Below are positions 18,003-26,115 of a stretch of 57,360 nt of DNA, piece after piece; position 1 is the stretch's first letter; the number at the start of each line of letters is the position of its first letter. Source of the stretch: a virus (lineage: Duplodnaviria > Caudoviricetes); IMG/VR virus record IMGVR_UViG_3300032260_000004, positions 1 through 57,360 of that record; one strand, given 5' to 3'. Below the pieces are notes generated by a model. The model was not told the origin of the DNA. It did not search any database and saw only the letters and a list, made by a program, of their open reading frames with translations. The translations under genes were made by a program, and so were the position numbers.

Positions 18003-18545
18003 TCAAGTCGCCGCGTCCGTGATCTGCATCTCGGAGTACACGCCGCCGTCGAGCACAGTCCAGCTACTCTCCAGCATCACGTAGTTGTTCGATCCGAGTT
18101 CGAGAGTCATCCCCGCCCGCTGCTTGCAGTTGATCGCCTCGTACCGCCGCGTCGAGACGGGGCCGGGCGTCAGGGCGTAGATGTACTTGGACTCCGAGCC
18201 CATGTTCGTGCCGACAATCGCAAGCACTTCGTCGGTGGGCGTCCCGAGCCCGAGGTCGCCCGTCAGGGCGCTCGTCGGCATCCCGAGCGCGTCTCTGAGG
18301 TTCATCAGGCCGGAATACTGGAGCCTGCCGGTGATCTCGATCGTCCGGGCTGATGCGAAGGACGCTTCGAGCACGAGGTTCTGGCCGCTCTGCACGTCCA
18401 CGTCCTCGCCTGAGATCGCGATGGTCACGCCGTTCCGCTCGGTCGCGCCCCACGGAACGTCGCTGCCTCCCGAGTAGCCGGTGCCGCCCGTGACTTCACC
18501 GAACTCGGTGATCCCGCTGAGGACCGGAGTTCTTACGTTCGCCAT
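18003..18545 (-). CDS. Major tail tube protein
   Basis: Synteny; GATERNGVTI and DVDVQSGQ segments; GGGAG RBS. Confidence 0.75.
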   Translation of the reverse strand: MANVRTPVLSGITEFGEVTGGTGYSGGSDVPWGATERNGVTIAISGEDVDVQSGQNLVLEASFASARTIEITGRLQYSGLMNLRDALGMPTSALTGDLGLGTPTDEVLAIVGTNMGSESKYIYALTPGPVSTRRYEAINCKQRAGMTLELGSNNYVMLESSWTVLDGGVYSEMQITDAAT

Positions 18546-18566
18546 GTCTGTACTCCCGTTGAGGGG

Positions 18567-18992
18567 TTAGCTCGCCCTGAGAGCGAACTGTCTCATCCAG
18601 TGCCACGGATCACGGTCTGAGGTGGGTCGCTGCGAGCCGCCAGTCTCCACACAGAACATGCGCTTGCCGGAGGCCGCGTCGTTCCACCACACCCCGCCCT
18701 CACCATCGAGCAGGGCCATGATCTGCTTGTCGATCGCTCCGATCGTCGCGAGCCCATCGACGCTCTTACGGTAGAAGGTGTCCACCTGAACGGTCGTCTC
18801 GTCCGTGCCGCGATTCTGTACCGCGACCGGCAGGGTGATCGCCAGCCGGCACACCTCAGTCTCCCAGTCCGTCTTCTCGTCAGGCCACTCGGGGAAGGCA
18901 AGGATCTCTCCGTCCTCGTCCACTCCCACGAGCCCGCGTAGTGTCGCGTCAGAGTTGAAGCGCTGATAGATCGCATCGCTCGCGTCGATCAT
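18567..18992 (-). CDS. Tail terminator/completion protein
   Basis: AIYQRFNSDATLRGLV and VQVD motifs; synteny. Confidence 0.75.
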   Translation of the reverse strand: MIDASDAIYQRFNSDATLRGLVGVDEDGEILAFPEWPDEKTDWETEVCRLAITLPVAVQNRGTDETTVQVDTFYRKSVDGLATIGAIDKQIMALLDGEGGVWWNDAASGKRMFCVETGGSQRPTSDRDPWHWMRQFALRAS

Positions 18993-19405
18993 TCGAGCAG
19001 CCTCTCCATCTCCTGTGCGGCCCTCTCGATTCCCGGCTCGACGTGCGGCCTCGGTCCCATGCGGGACGTGCCGTAGTTGAGCAGTTCACCGAGCACATAC
19101 GGGCCGACCATCAGGTCGGTGAATGCGAAGGCGCTCCAGCCGAACTCCGTCCGGACGGCCGGCGTGTACTGCCAACTGTCGCGGTACGCACCCTCCCTGA
19201 TCGCGGGAGGCTCACCGTCAGCGCTCGCGCGGTACTTCGTGCGCGTGCCCGGAACGGTGTAGAGTTCGCCAGAGCGAGGGCCGTAGCTCTCCATCTCCAG
19301 CACGATCGAGTCACGCACGAGAATCGCTCCCGCCTCAGCGAAGCGCTGGGCGTCTTCGTGGACTGCCCTGCGGGCGTTCCGCGTGTTGTCGATCCAGCGT
19401 GTCAT
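18989..19405 (-). CDS. HK97 gp10-like neck protein
   Basis: RASADGEPPAIREG and LNYGTSRMGPRP motifs. Confidence 0.8.
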   Translation of the reverse strand: MTRWIDNTRNARRAVHEDAQRFAEAGAILVRDSIVLEMESYGPRSGELYTVPGTRTKYRASADGEPPAIREGAYRDSWQYTPAVRTEFGWSAFAFTDLMVGPYVLGELLNYGTSRMGPRPHVEPGIERAAQEMERLLE

Positions 19406-19743
19406 GACAGCTTCGTCGTGCTCTCTGAGAGGTCGCAGGCGATGTCCCACCTCGGCCCGTGGTGCCCCGGAAACTGCACCTTGAACTGAGTCGGGCTGTA
19501 GTCGCCCTTCGTGACCGTGATCTCGTCGTCCACCTGAATGTCCGTCTCAGGCGGAAAGTACCCGTTGTGAGCGGAATCAACCTCGCGGCCATGTGCCATC
19601 TGCCGGAGTCCTCCACTCTTCGGTTGAAGGTTACAGGCCACGCACCTCGCGACAGCAGCGTAGGCCCGGTTCCGGGCTCCACCGCGTCCCGTCGCCGTGC
19701 CGCTCTTCCGCCAGATCGTGACCTCGTGAGTCCGCTCGATCAT
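19402..19743 (-). CDS. Head-closure/head-tail joining protein
   Basis: VTIWR, CNLQP and DIQVDDEI motifs; synteny. Confidence 0.7.
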   Translation of the reverse strand: MIERTHEVTIWRKSGTATGRGGARNRAYAAVARCVACNLQPKSGGLRQMAHGREVDSAHNGYFPPETDIQVDDEITVTKGDYSPTQFKVQFPGHHGPRWDIACDLSESTTKLS

Positions 19744-20099
19744 CGAAGACTCCGTAGGGTGGCCCAGTTCCCACCTCCCAGCAGGCCGGCAACGATCTTC
19801 TCCGCTGTCGGGTCGATGGGAGCCATCGACGCTCCCTCGGGACCTCGGTACTTCACCCGCTGGTCGCCCTTCTGTTCTTCGATGATGAGCCCGAAGTCGG
19901 TGGGCATCCTCACCTGAAGGTTGACCTGCTGAACGATCGCGAGCCTCGCAGCTTCCGTGTCGTCCTCGTTGAGAGACACGCCACGTAGGCCGAGAAGCTC
20001 TTCGGCGAGTTCTCCGTGCGCCACGAGACTCGTGACGGGGAGGTCCTGAGCCTTCTCACTCAGGAGCGGGTGGCCGGTCGGATCGTAAGTCAGCGCCAT
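19740..20099 (-). CDS. Head-tail connector protein
   Basis: EQKGDQRVKY motif; position after the capsid genes. Confidence 0.65.
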   Translation of the reverse strand: MALTYDPTGHPLLSEKAQDLPVTSLVAHGELAEELLGLRGVSLNEDDTEAARLAIVQQVNLQVRMPTDFGLIIEEQKGDQRVKYRGPEGASMAPIDPTAEKIVAGLLGGGNWATLRSLR

Positions 20100-20101
20100 G
20101 A

Positions 20102-20428
20102 CTACTTCCTACGCCGTGGCTTCGCTGGTGCCTTCGGAGCTTCCTCAGCGGGAGCTTCCTCAGCGGGAGCTTCGGCCGGAGCCTCAGCTTCCTCAGCGGG
20201 AGCTTCCTCAGCGGGAGCTTCGGCCGGAGCCTCAGCTTCCTCAGCGGGAGCTTCCTCAGCGGGCGGAGCTTCCGCCTCGGGTGCCGCTGGTCCCTCGACC
20301 AGCACACCGCGCGACTTCAGGTAGGCGATCTCCGTCTCCGTCGCCGCCTTCTCCAGCGCCTCTTCGTCGCCGGGCTTGAACATACCGCGCCCGTGTAGCT
20401 GGACGCAGCGCAGGATTCCGAGTCCCAT
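20102..20428 (-). CDS. Small protein with Glu/Ala/Pro repeat tail
   Basis: Strong RBS (AGGAGAG); FKPGD N-terminal domain followed by APAEE repeats. Confidence 0.75.
   Translation of the reverse strand: MGLGILRCVQLHGRGMFKPGDEEALEKAATETEIAYLKSRGVLVEGPAAPEAEAPPAEEAPAEEAEAPAEAPAEEAPAEEAEAPAEAPAEEAPAEEAPKAPAKPRRRK
20137..20275. repeat. Tandem repeat of 15-bp units within a 48-bp period, encoding APAEEAPAEEAEAPAE
   Basis: ggagcttcctcagcg repeated several times. Confidence 0.9.
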
Positions 20429-20455
20429 CTCTCTCTCCTATGGTCTGGTGCCGGT

Positions 20456-20490
20456 GATGCTGGGCTGGCCCCGAGAGGCCAGCCCGCACC
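20456..20490 (-). terminator. GC-rich hairpin after the major capsid gene (pause, partial terminator or stabiliser)
   Basis: GGGCTGGCC...GGCCAGCCC stem; no U-tract. Confidence 0.5.
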
Positions 20491-20519
20491 GCTTTCAGGA
20501 GCGTGAATCCGTCGAGGCG

Positions 20520-21587
20520 TCAGACGCCTGCGTCGATCACGAAGACCTTCTGCTCGTTGGGCACCGTCATCGCGTTGATCTGAGCCTCGACCGTCAACTC
20601 GCGGCCGTTGCCGGCCTGCTCGTGATAGACCGTGACTCCACGAATGTCGATTCCAGCGCCCGGCACCTGACGCGCCAATTCCATCGCGCGCGCCACAGGA
20701 GCGAACTTCGTCGTCCCGACCCGCTCGCCGTTCGGAATGATCGCAACGTGCTGAGCCGGCCACACCTTCGCCGCCGAGGTGGCGATCCCGCCGTCCGTGA
20801 ACGGCTCGACCGTCTTCTCGTTGATGTAGAAGGTGAACTCCTGCCCGAGATCGCCCTGAATCAGTTCCGTCAACTGACGGCGCGTGACGCTGAGCCCCAG
20901 CGCGGAGTCCGGGATGAACTTGTTCGGCGCATCAGCGAGGATCTCCTGATACGTCGCCAAGCGCAGCATCACGCCAGCGAAGGAGCCCACGTAGGGAATC
21001 GAAGATTCCAGCCACGCGATCAGCGCCTCGTAGGCGTTGATGCTCGTGTCGTCCCACGCAGTCCCCGCCGTGGCGTACCGAGCAGTGTCGTAGCCGAAGC
21101 TCACGACCTGCGTGCTGCCGCTCTGCGGGTTGTACGCCGTGATCGTTCCTTGCGACCACGCCTCGAACGCCTCGATCTCGATGCGTCGATAGTCGGCCTG
21201 AACCAGACTATCGGTGCGTCGCGGGATCTGCATCCCGACGATCTGCTGGAACGCGGCCTCGTTGCCGAGGGTCCGCTCTTCGAGGTGCTGCATTTCCCGC
21301 TCCGCGATCGTGAAGTACGCCTCGATCGGCGTCATCTCGAACTCGCGAGTCGGGGGGGTCTTCAGCGGGATCAGTCGTCCGCGCTGGTTCCACTCACGCC
21401 GGTCTGCGACCGGGCGGAAGTCGATGTCCGTCATCTCGGAGAACTTCACCGAGTCCACGTCCTGTCGGGGGAAGAAAGCGTCCCACAGCAGTTGTCCGTC
21501 GTCCGTTGGATCGACGGTCTGGGCTCGCACCGTCAGAGCCGCTGCTGTGAGATCCTCCTGTTCCCCGATCCAGTTGAAGTCGGCCAT
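20520..21587 (-). CDS. Major capsid protein (lambda gpE-like family)
   Basis: 355 aa; LWDAFFP and RRIEIEAFEAWSQGTI segments; follows scaffold and decoration genes; AAAGGAG RBS. Confidence 0.88.
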   Translation of the reverse strand: MADFNWIGEQEDLTAAALTVRAQTVDPTDDGQLLWDAFFPRQDVDSVKFSEMTDIDFRPVADRREWNQRGRLIPLKTPPTREFEMTPIEAYFTIAEREMQHLEERTLGNEAAFQQIVGMQIPRRTDSLVQADYRRIEIEAFEAWSQGTITAYNPQSGSTQVVSFGYDTARYATAGTAWDDTSINAYEALIAWLESSIPYVGSFAGVMLRLATYQEILADAPNKFIPDSALGLSVTRRQLTELIQGDLGQEFTFYINEKTVEPFTDGGIATSAAKVWPAQHVAIIPNGERVGTTKFAPVARAMELARQVPGAGIDIRGVTVYHEQAGNGRELTVEAQINAMTVPNEQKVFVIDAGV

Positions 21588-21632
21588 TTGGCTTTCTCCC
21601 TTTCGGTTCGGATAGGTGACGACTCAGGCCGA

Positions 21633-22040
21633 TCAGGTCGGCAGGAGTCGCATGGAAGATCCGGCAGCGGCGAACGCTGCGATCTCATCTGCTGAAAGGA
21701 CGCGGCCGAGATTGTCTTCCACGATGTCGCGGTTGACCACCCCGATGAGCGCGAGGGCCACGTCCTGATCGACGCCGGCAGCGATGTCGCCCGCTGCGTT
21801 GCCCTCTGCGACCTTGATAGCCTCGATCACCACGCCGTAGATGACCTCGCCTGTCCCACTCACGAGTGTCCCGTCAACCTTCAGGGGCACTCCGGGAACG
21901 AGGTACCCGTTCTCGTCGATCTCGTCGCTCGTGAGAGCCGAGACATCTACTCGAACGGTTCCGGTGTGATTGATCGGGCCGACGAATGGATAGCCGTACA
22001 CGTCCCCACCGGACGCGAGCGACTTGGCCCGTAGTGGCAT
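21633..22040 (-). CDS. Head decoration protein
   Basis: Between scaffold and MCP; GYLVPGVPL motif. Confidence 0.75.
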   Translation of the reverse strand: MPLRAKSLASGGDVYGYPFVGPINHTGTVRVDVSALTSDEIDENGYLVPGVPLKVDGTLVSGTGEVIYGVVIEAIKVAEGNAAGDIAAGVDQDVALALIGVVNRDIVEDNLGRVLSADEIAAFAAAGSSMRLLPT

Positions 22041-22060
22041 AGTTCACGCTCCATTTGGAG

Positions 22061-22819
22061 TCAGTGAGAGACTATGCCCAGCCTTTCCTTCGCAGGCTTC
22101 GTGTTAGCTGGCTGAGCGGCCTCTCGTTCCTTCTTGACGCTCTCGCGCAGCTTGTCGAAGTATTGGCCTCCACTGGATCCGGTGCCGCCGCCACTCCCCT
22201 GCGTCCCACTCCCACGATCTGCCCCCGAGTTGACGAACTTCGCAGGTGCGTCCTTTGCGAGTTCACCAGCGAGCAGACCGATCGCCGTGTGGCCGTCACC
22301 GGGCTGGAAAGGAATGTCCTTCCCGGCCTGCATGATCTGAATCCCAGTCGCCGGATCGTACTTGATCCGTCCTGCGACCTCTGGCTTCTGCGCCAGCACC
22401 TCCGCGTAGTCCGGGTCCAGTCCATGTGCTGAGATCAGGGCCGTCCGGAGGTCCCCGAGTGTTCGGCTCTGCTCGGAGCCAGCCCGAGCATCGCGCTCAG
22501 TCTGAAGCTCCTGCTTGTGCTTCTCATTCAGGTCTTCGATCTGGGCGGCGTAGTCCGCGTGCACCTTCGCCACGTCCGGCTGCTCGCCCTTCAGCTTCTC
22601 CAGAGCGGAATCGGCCTTTTCTCTGGCCCCCTGCTCTCTCTTCAGGTCAGCTTCCAGCTTTTCCTTTTCGGTGCGTTCCGCAGCGGTCGCTGTCTTGTGA
22701 CCGGCGTTGAAGATCTCCTGATAGACGCCCTGAGCGGTCGTCTGGATAATCTTCGCAACATCACCTACAGGCTCTCCGACGAGCTTCGCAACGAGTGCGA
22801 CAAGCTCTTCTCTCGTCAT
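22061..22819 (-). CDS. Capsid scaffolding protein
   Basis: Coiled coil followed by a Gly/Ser-rich C-terminal linker; synteny. Confidence 0.8.
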   Translation of the reverse strand: MTREELVALVAKLVGEPVGDVAKIIQTTAQGVYQEIFNAGHKTATAAERTEKEKLEADLKREQGAREKADSALEKLKGEQPDVAKVHADYAAQIEDLNEKHKQELQTERDARAGSEQSRTLGDLRTALISAHGLDPDYAEVLAQKPEVAGRIKYDPATGIQIMQAGKDIPFQPGDGHTAIGLLAGELAKDAPAKFVNSGADRGSGTQGSGGGTGSSGGQYFDKLRESVKKEREAAQPANTKPAKERLGIVSH

Positions 22820-22843
22820 GTCATCCTCTTCTCGGCTGGATGT

Positions 22844-22898
22844 ATTCCGACCCGGAGTCTTTGCGGCGATCCGATTCCGATCCGAGCCCTTTACGGCG
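22844..22898 (-). promoter_or_regulatory. Tandem 25-nt motif in the scaffold-gene leader
   Basis: CGCCG(T/C)AAAG-N4-CGG(A/G)TCGGAAT twice with a 30-nt period (19/25 identical). Confidence 0.45.
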
Positions 22899-22967
22899 GC
22901 CCGCTCTCCGAACCGTGCCTTCTGTGCCTGAAGACGGGAAGTCTGGTTGGAAGGGAATCTTGGAGGG

Positions 22968-23201
22968 CTACGTCTCGTCTGTCAACTGCCCGAGCGAGAG
23001 TCGGCCTCGATCGTCCTCCGTCACGCGCTCGGCGAACTTCACGGCTTCCTCTACCCGGCGACGTTCCATCGCGATGTCACGCAGCGCATCCGTGTCCCCG
23101 GCATACTGCTCTTCGAGCCGATCGAGACTCGCCAGATGCGCGTCGATCTCTTCGGGTGTGCTCCACGACTGGATCCGCTTGGAGAAGCTGAGGTGCGTCA
23201 T
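22968..23201 (-). CDS. Hypothetical helical protein
   Basis: ATGA overlap with the upstream gene; 77 aa. Confidence 0.6.
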   Translation of the reverse strand: MTHLSFSKRIQSWSTPEEIDAHLASLDRLEEQYAGDTDALRDIAMERRRVEEAVKFAERVTEDDRGRLSLGQLTDET

Positions 23202-23416
23202 GACTGGAACCTGTGGACCTTGTATGTGCCTTCTCGCTCGACGAACGCCAGATCTGTGCGAGCGTCTTCGAGTGCGTCGTCGATGAGCCGGGCGTTGCTC
23301 GGATCGCCTGCGTACTGCCGGCGCAGCTTCGTCAGGTGCCTGATCCACTCGCGGTGCACCTCGGGCGGGTCGTGGTAGCTGGGGCCACCGTCGAGGATCA
23401 TAGCGCCCTCAGCCAC
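23198..23416 (-). CDS. Hypothetical protein
   Basis: 72-aa ORF in a tightly overlapping trio. Confidence 0.6.
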   Translation of the reverse strand: MAEGAMILDGGPSYHDPPEVHREWIRHLTKLRRQYAGDPSNARLIDDALEDARTDLAFVEREGTYKVHRFQS

Positions 23417-23712
23417 TCGAAGCCGGGCCGGTCCACGTTCGCCCGGTAGACGGATAGCTGCTTGAAGTCGTCCAGTGAGAGGTCCACCCGAGCAAGGTAC
23501 TGCGTGAGCATCTCCGCGTCACTGACCGGCTCCAGCCCGAGGTAGAGATCCCAGCCGTGCTGATCGTCGCCGAAGATCACACCTGTCTCGTCGTCCCAGC
23601 CGTAGGCGCTCTCGTCGTGATCCTCGATCGACTCGAATGGTCGCGCCTCGTCGATCGCTTCGGCGGCTTCGGGTGTGAGTCCCTCGGGTACCTCGTTCTT
23701 CCTGATCGTCAT
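23398..23712 (-). CDS. Hypothetical acidic protein
   Basis: 104 aa, coding-like composition. Confidence 0.65.
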   Translation of the reverse strand: MTIRKNEVPEGLTPEAAEAIDEARPFESIEDHDESAYGWDDETGVIFGDDQHGWDLYLGLEPVSDAEMLTQYLARVDLSLDDFKQLSVYRANVDRPGFEWLRAL

Positions 23713-23729
23713 CGTCGTCTCGTTGTCGC

Positions 23730-23800
23730 GAGTCGCGTGCCGGTCAGGGGCTCGTGCCTAGAGGCTCGCTCGCCCTCGTGGGAGCTTGTACCACCGACCC
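23730..23800 (-). ncRNA. Putative structured RNA stem-loop
   Basis: CGCGTGC-G-GGTCGG pairs with CTGACC-G-GCACGCG and encloses an inner hairpin; intergenic. Confidence 0.4.
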
Positions 23801-23866
23801 GCACGCGCTCGCTCGCTTCGCTTCGCTCTCGAACTGCATCGAATCTACGCTTCTACGGCTCGTTCG

Positions 23867-23890
23867 CTACAGCATAGGCTCACCTCCCTT
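23867..23890 (-). other. Extended Shine-Dalgarno followed by a Met-Leu-stop minigene
   Basis: AAGGGAGGTGA-GCCT-ATG CTG TAG. Confidence 0.55.
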
Positions 23891-23892
23891 CC

Positions 23893-23999
23893 TGACAGGC
23901 GGGTGCGGGACTCGAACCCGCTCGGGGACCGTCACAGCCCCGTTCCGTGCTCTGGCGCGCTATCTGTGTGGATAGGTGGGTTGCGCCCGAGCCCCGCCT
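23893..23999 (-). ncRNA. tRNA-like RNA (non-canonical or degenerate tRNA)
   Basis: Acceptor-like stem AGGCGGG/CCCGCCT, perfect T-arm GCGGG-TTCGAGT-CCCGC, 3' GTCA; the internal hairpins do not form a canonical D/anticodon arm. Confidence 0.55.
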
Positions 24000-24005
24000 C
24001 AGCCC

Positions 24006-24287
24006 CTAGCCGGGCTGGTCCTCGTCGTACCACAGCACGCCGCCGCACGTCTCGCAGTAGCAGTCGGGCGGGTGCTGCCAGTCAGGATCGCCGTCTCGTC
24101 GTGCGATCATGCGATACAGGTCCACCAGTTGCGCCATTCGCTTCGCCGTGGCCTCGTCCGGCACGTAGGCGACCGTCGATCCGTCCGGGGCCACGAGCCG
24201 GCACCACGTCGTCATGAACTCACGAGCCTCGGTCGGCGTCATGCGCTTCGTCGTTCGCTCGGCCGGTGTCTCCACTTTGCAGGTCAT
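24006..24287 (-). CDS. Hypothetical protein with C-terminal Cys/His cluster
   Basis: ATGA overlap; HPPDCYCETC. Confidence 0.6.
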   Translation of the reverse strand: MTCKVETPAERTTKRMTPTEAREFMTTWCRLVAPDGSTVAYVPDEATAKRMAQLVDLYRMIARRDGDPDWQHPPDCYCETCGGVLWYDEDQPG

Positions 24288-24487
24288 GCGGCACTGCCTT
24301 TCTTCCGTTTGCACTGCTTGCAGGTGTACGTCTCAGAGCCCGCCTGAGCCTTCGGCACCCCTCGCTCGACTGATCGCCCGCACCGGCAGACGTAGAGCCG
24401 CCTGTGAGGGCTCCAGACGTAGCTGGAGCGATTGTGAGGCGTGCTCCGCCTGCGCTTCGCGGTTTCGGGCTTCTGGACCTTCTTCAC
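24284..24487 (-). CDS. Small basic zinc-finger-like protein
   Basis: CRC...CKQC; GTGA and ATGA overlaps at both ends. Confidence 0.6.
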   Translation of the reverse strand: MKKVQKPETAKRRRSTPHNRSSYVWSPHRRLYVCRCGRSVERGVPKAQAGSETYTCKQCKRKKGSAA

Positions 24488-25032
24488 GAGGCCGTCCTTT
24501 CCGCTGCGACCTTGTTCATGCGCCGATCGATGTTCTGGTCGCGCTTCCAGTCGCCAGAGTGGGCCACCACGCGGGCGGTCCCATCGTAGCTGCTGACGCG
24601 CACCGAGTAGCAGGTCGAGTCGAAGTAGTTCTCGTCGCCCTCGCGGAAGCTCAGGCCCTCAGCCTCGGCGATCGCCGCGCACTCGGACATGAACGCCTCA
24701 GAGTAACTGCGGTAGGTGCTGACCCACGACGAGGCGCGGTAATGCTCACCCTCGTACTCGAAGTCGCCGAGGTACTCCTTCAGGTCGATCATGCCGTCGA
24801 AGCTCACCCGCTGTAACGGCTTGACCACGAGGTCAACGTCGCCCTGAGTTGGGCCGTCCGTCCAGCGAATGTCGATCGAGGATCCGCCTGCGTAGTTGCT
24901 GCTGCGGACGGAGAACTTCTGTCCGGGGAAGTTGGCCTTCAGTTCCTTCCGAATGATCTTCGCGAGTTCCGCTGCGCTGAGCCAGCGAGCCGCCTTCTTC
25001 TCCGGTGCGATGTGGCCTGCGACCTGTGTCAT
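24484..25032 (-). CDS. LPD29-like (large polyvalent protein domain) protein
   Basis: AKIIRKELKANFPGQKFSVRS..YAGGSSIDIRWTDGP signature; first gene after promoter P4. Confidence 0.75.
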   Translation of the reverse strand: MTQVAGHIAPEKKAARWLSAAELAKIIRKELKANFPGQKFSVRSSNYAGGSSIDIRWTDGPTQGDVDLVVKPLQRVSFDGMIDLKEYLGDFEYEGEHYRASSWVSTYRSYSEAFMSECAAIAEAEGLSFREGDENYFDSTCYSVRVSSYDGTARVVAHSGDWKRDQNIDRRMNKVAAERTAS

Positions 25033-25038
25033 GATTCT

Positions 25039-25104
25039 CTCCGTGCTAGGGTCTGGTTGCTGTCCACATCTTGAGTATACATGGACACGCTCGACGTGTC
25101 AACC
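25039..25104 (-). promoter_or_regulatory. Promoter cassette P4 (sigma70 -35/-10, palindromic operator, conserved leader)
   Basis: TTGACA (25102-25097), 17-nt spacer, TATACT (25079-25074); leader GATGTGGACAGCAACCAGACCCTAGCACGGAG. Confidence 0.9.
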
Positions 25105-25638
25105 TCCCGCGTCGAAGTCGTATTGGCGTCGCCTGATTCGCTCGAAGTGTGCAGGGTTCCTGTGCTCGTCCACGGCGATCGCGCACTGAAGCTCTGGCGT
25201 CATGGGAAGCACCTCGTTGACGATCCCCGCGTCGATCCCGTGCTCCAGCGTGGCGAGGTGCTCGGCCTTCGTCCACTGCGCCACAGGCTCGTATGAGAGC
25301 CGTATGAGCAGGAGCGGATACTCGTCCCGCAGTTGCCTCGCGAGCAGGACCAGCGTGCCGTCTACCACCTTCCCTGCGTGCTCCAGCCAGCCATGCGCCA
25401 TAGGGTCCGGGCGGGCGAGGTCGTAGATCAGCCAGCCCTCGACGTAGACCGTCTCGCCGGTCGCCCACGGTGCGGAGTGGAGTGCCTTCAGGGCGTTGCG
25501 CCAGCACGAATGAGGCCGTCGCTCCCCGAGGAACATCGAGGCGCTGCGGCCGTAGTCGATCGGGTTGGGGCAGACGATCCGGCCAGCCATCTCGGCCTTC
25601 AGCATCCGCCCCATCGTCCGACGTATCTGCCGGGTCAT
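25099..25638 (-). CDS. Transglutaminase/papain-like Cys-His-Asp protein
   Basis: SCWRNA...YVEGW...AHGWLEHAGKVVDGT. Confidence 0.6.
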   Translation of the reverse strand: MTRQIRRTMGRMLKAEMAGRIVCPNPIDYGRSASMFLGERRPHSCWRNALKALHSAPWATGETVYVEGWLIYDLARPDPMAHGWLEHAGKVVDGTLVLLARQLRDEYPLLLIRLSYEPVAQWTKAEHLATLEHGIDAGIVNEVLPMTPELQCAIAVDEHRNPAHFERIRRRQYDFDAGG

Positions 25639-26114
25639 GCCAAGACCCACGCCTTCTGTACGCGGTAGCGAGCCGTCGCTCCGTACACTCTGCGCTCGTC
25701 GATGAAGGCAGCGTGGCCTCGGGTGTGGATCACGGCCCGCTCGATCTCCGGGTGATCTCTGAGGAACTGGGCCACGGTCGGGTAGGTGGTGTCGCTCCCA
25801 GCGGTAGGCCCGCTCCATCTCATCGGCACGATCATCTCGATGACCGTCAGGCCGACTTCGGCGATCGAGGTGTACATCCCACCCTTGTTCGTGAAGCTCT
25901 CGTTCAGACCTCTACGGCCGCGTGTGCACCTGTTGAGATTCCGAAGCTGCTCGACTACCACGGGGAGCCACTGAGCGGCCTCTCCGTGCTCGTCAGGGGC
26001 TCCCAGCGCCCTCGCAAGCGTGAAAGCCGCACAGCCGTTCGTGGTGATCCCAGCCTCACGGGCCGCGAGGCCCATGAGGAATCCGTGGTCGCGCTGATAG
26101 GTTCGCTTTGCCAT
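25635..26114 (-). CDS. Papain-like (C39-like) cysteine peptidase-fold protein
   Basis: NGCAAFTLARAL helix-start Cys and TRGHAAFID His/Asp. Confidence 0.5.
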   Translation of the reverse strand: MAKRTYQRDHGFLMGLAAREAGITTNGCAAFTLARALGAPDEHGEAAQWLPVVVEQLRNLNRCTRGRRGLNESFTNKGGMYTSIAEVGLTVIEMIVPMRWSGPTAGSDTTYPTVAQFLRDHPEIERAVIHTRGHAAFIDERRVYGATARYRVQKAWVLA

Positions 26115-26115
26115 G

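Noticed and set aside
23730-23896. tRNA-associated theta/HDV-like or hammerhead ribozyme
   Set aside because: I could not build the nested pseudoknot or find CUGANGA/GAAA cores by eye; a covariance search is needed.
23893-23999. Functional tRNA-His or tRNA-Sec
   Set aside because: No canonical D-arm, no 7-nt anticodon loop closed by a stem, and the 3' end is GTCA; kept only as tRNA-like.
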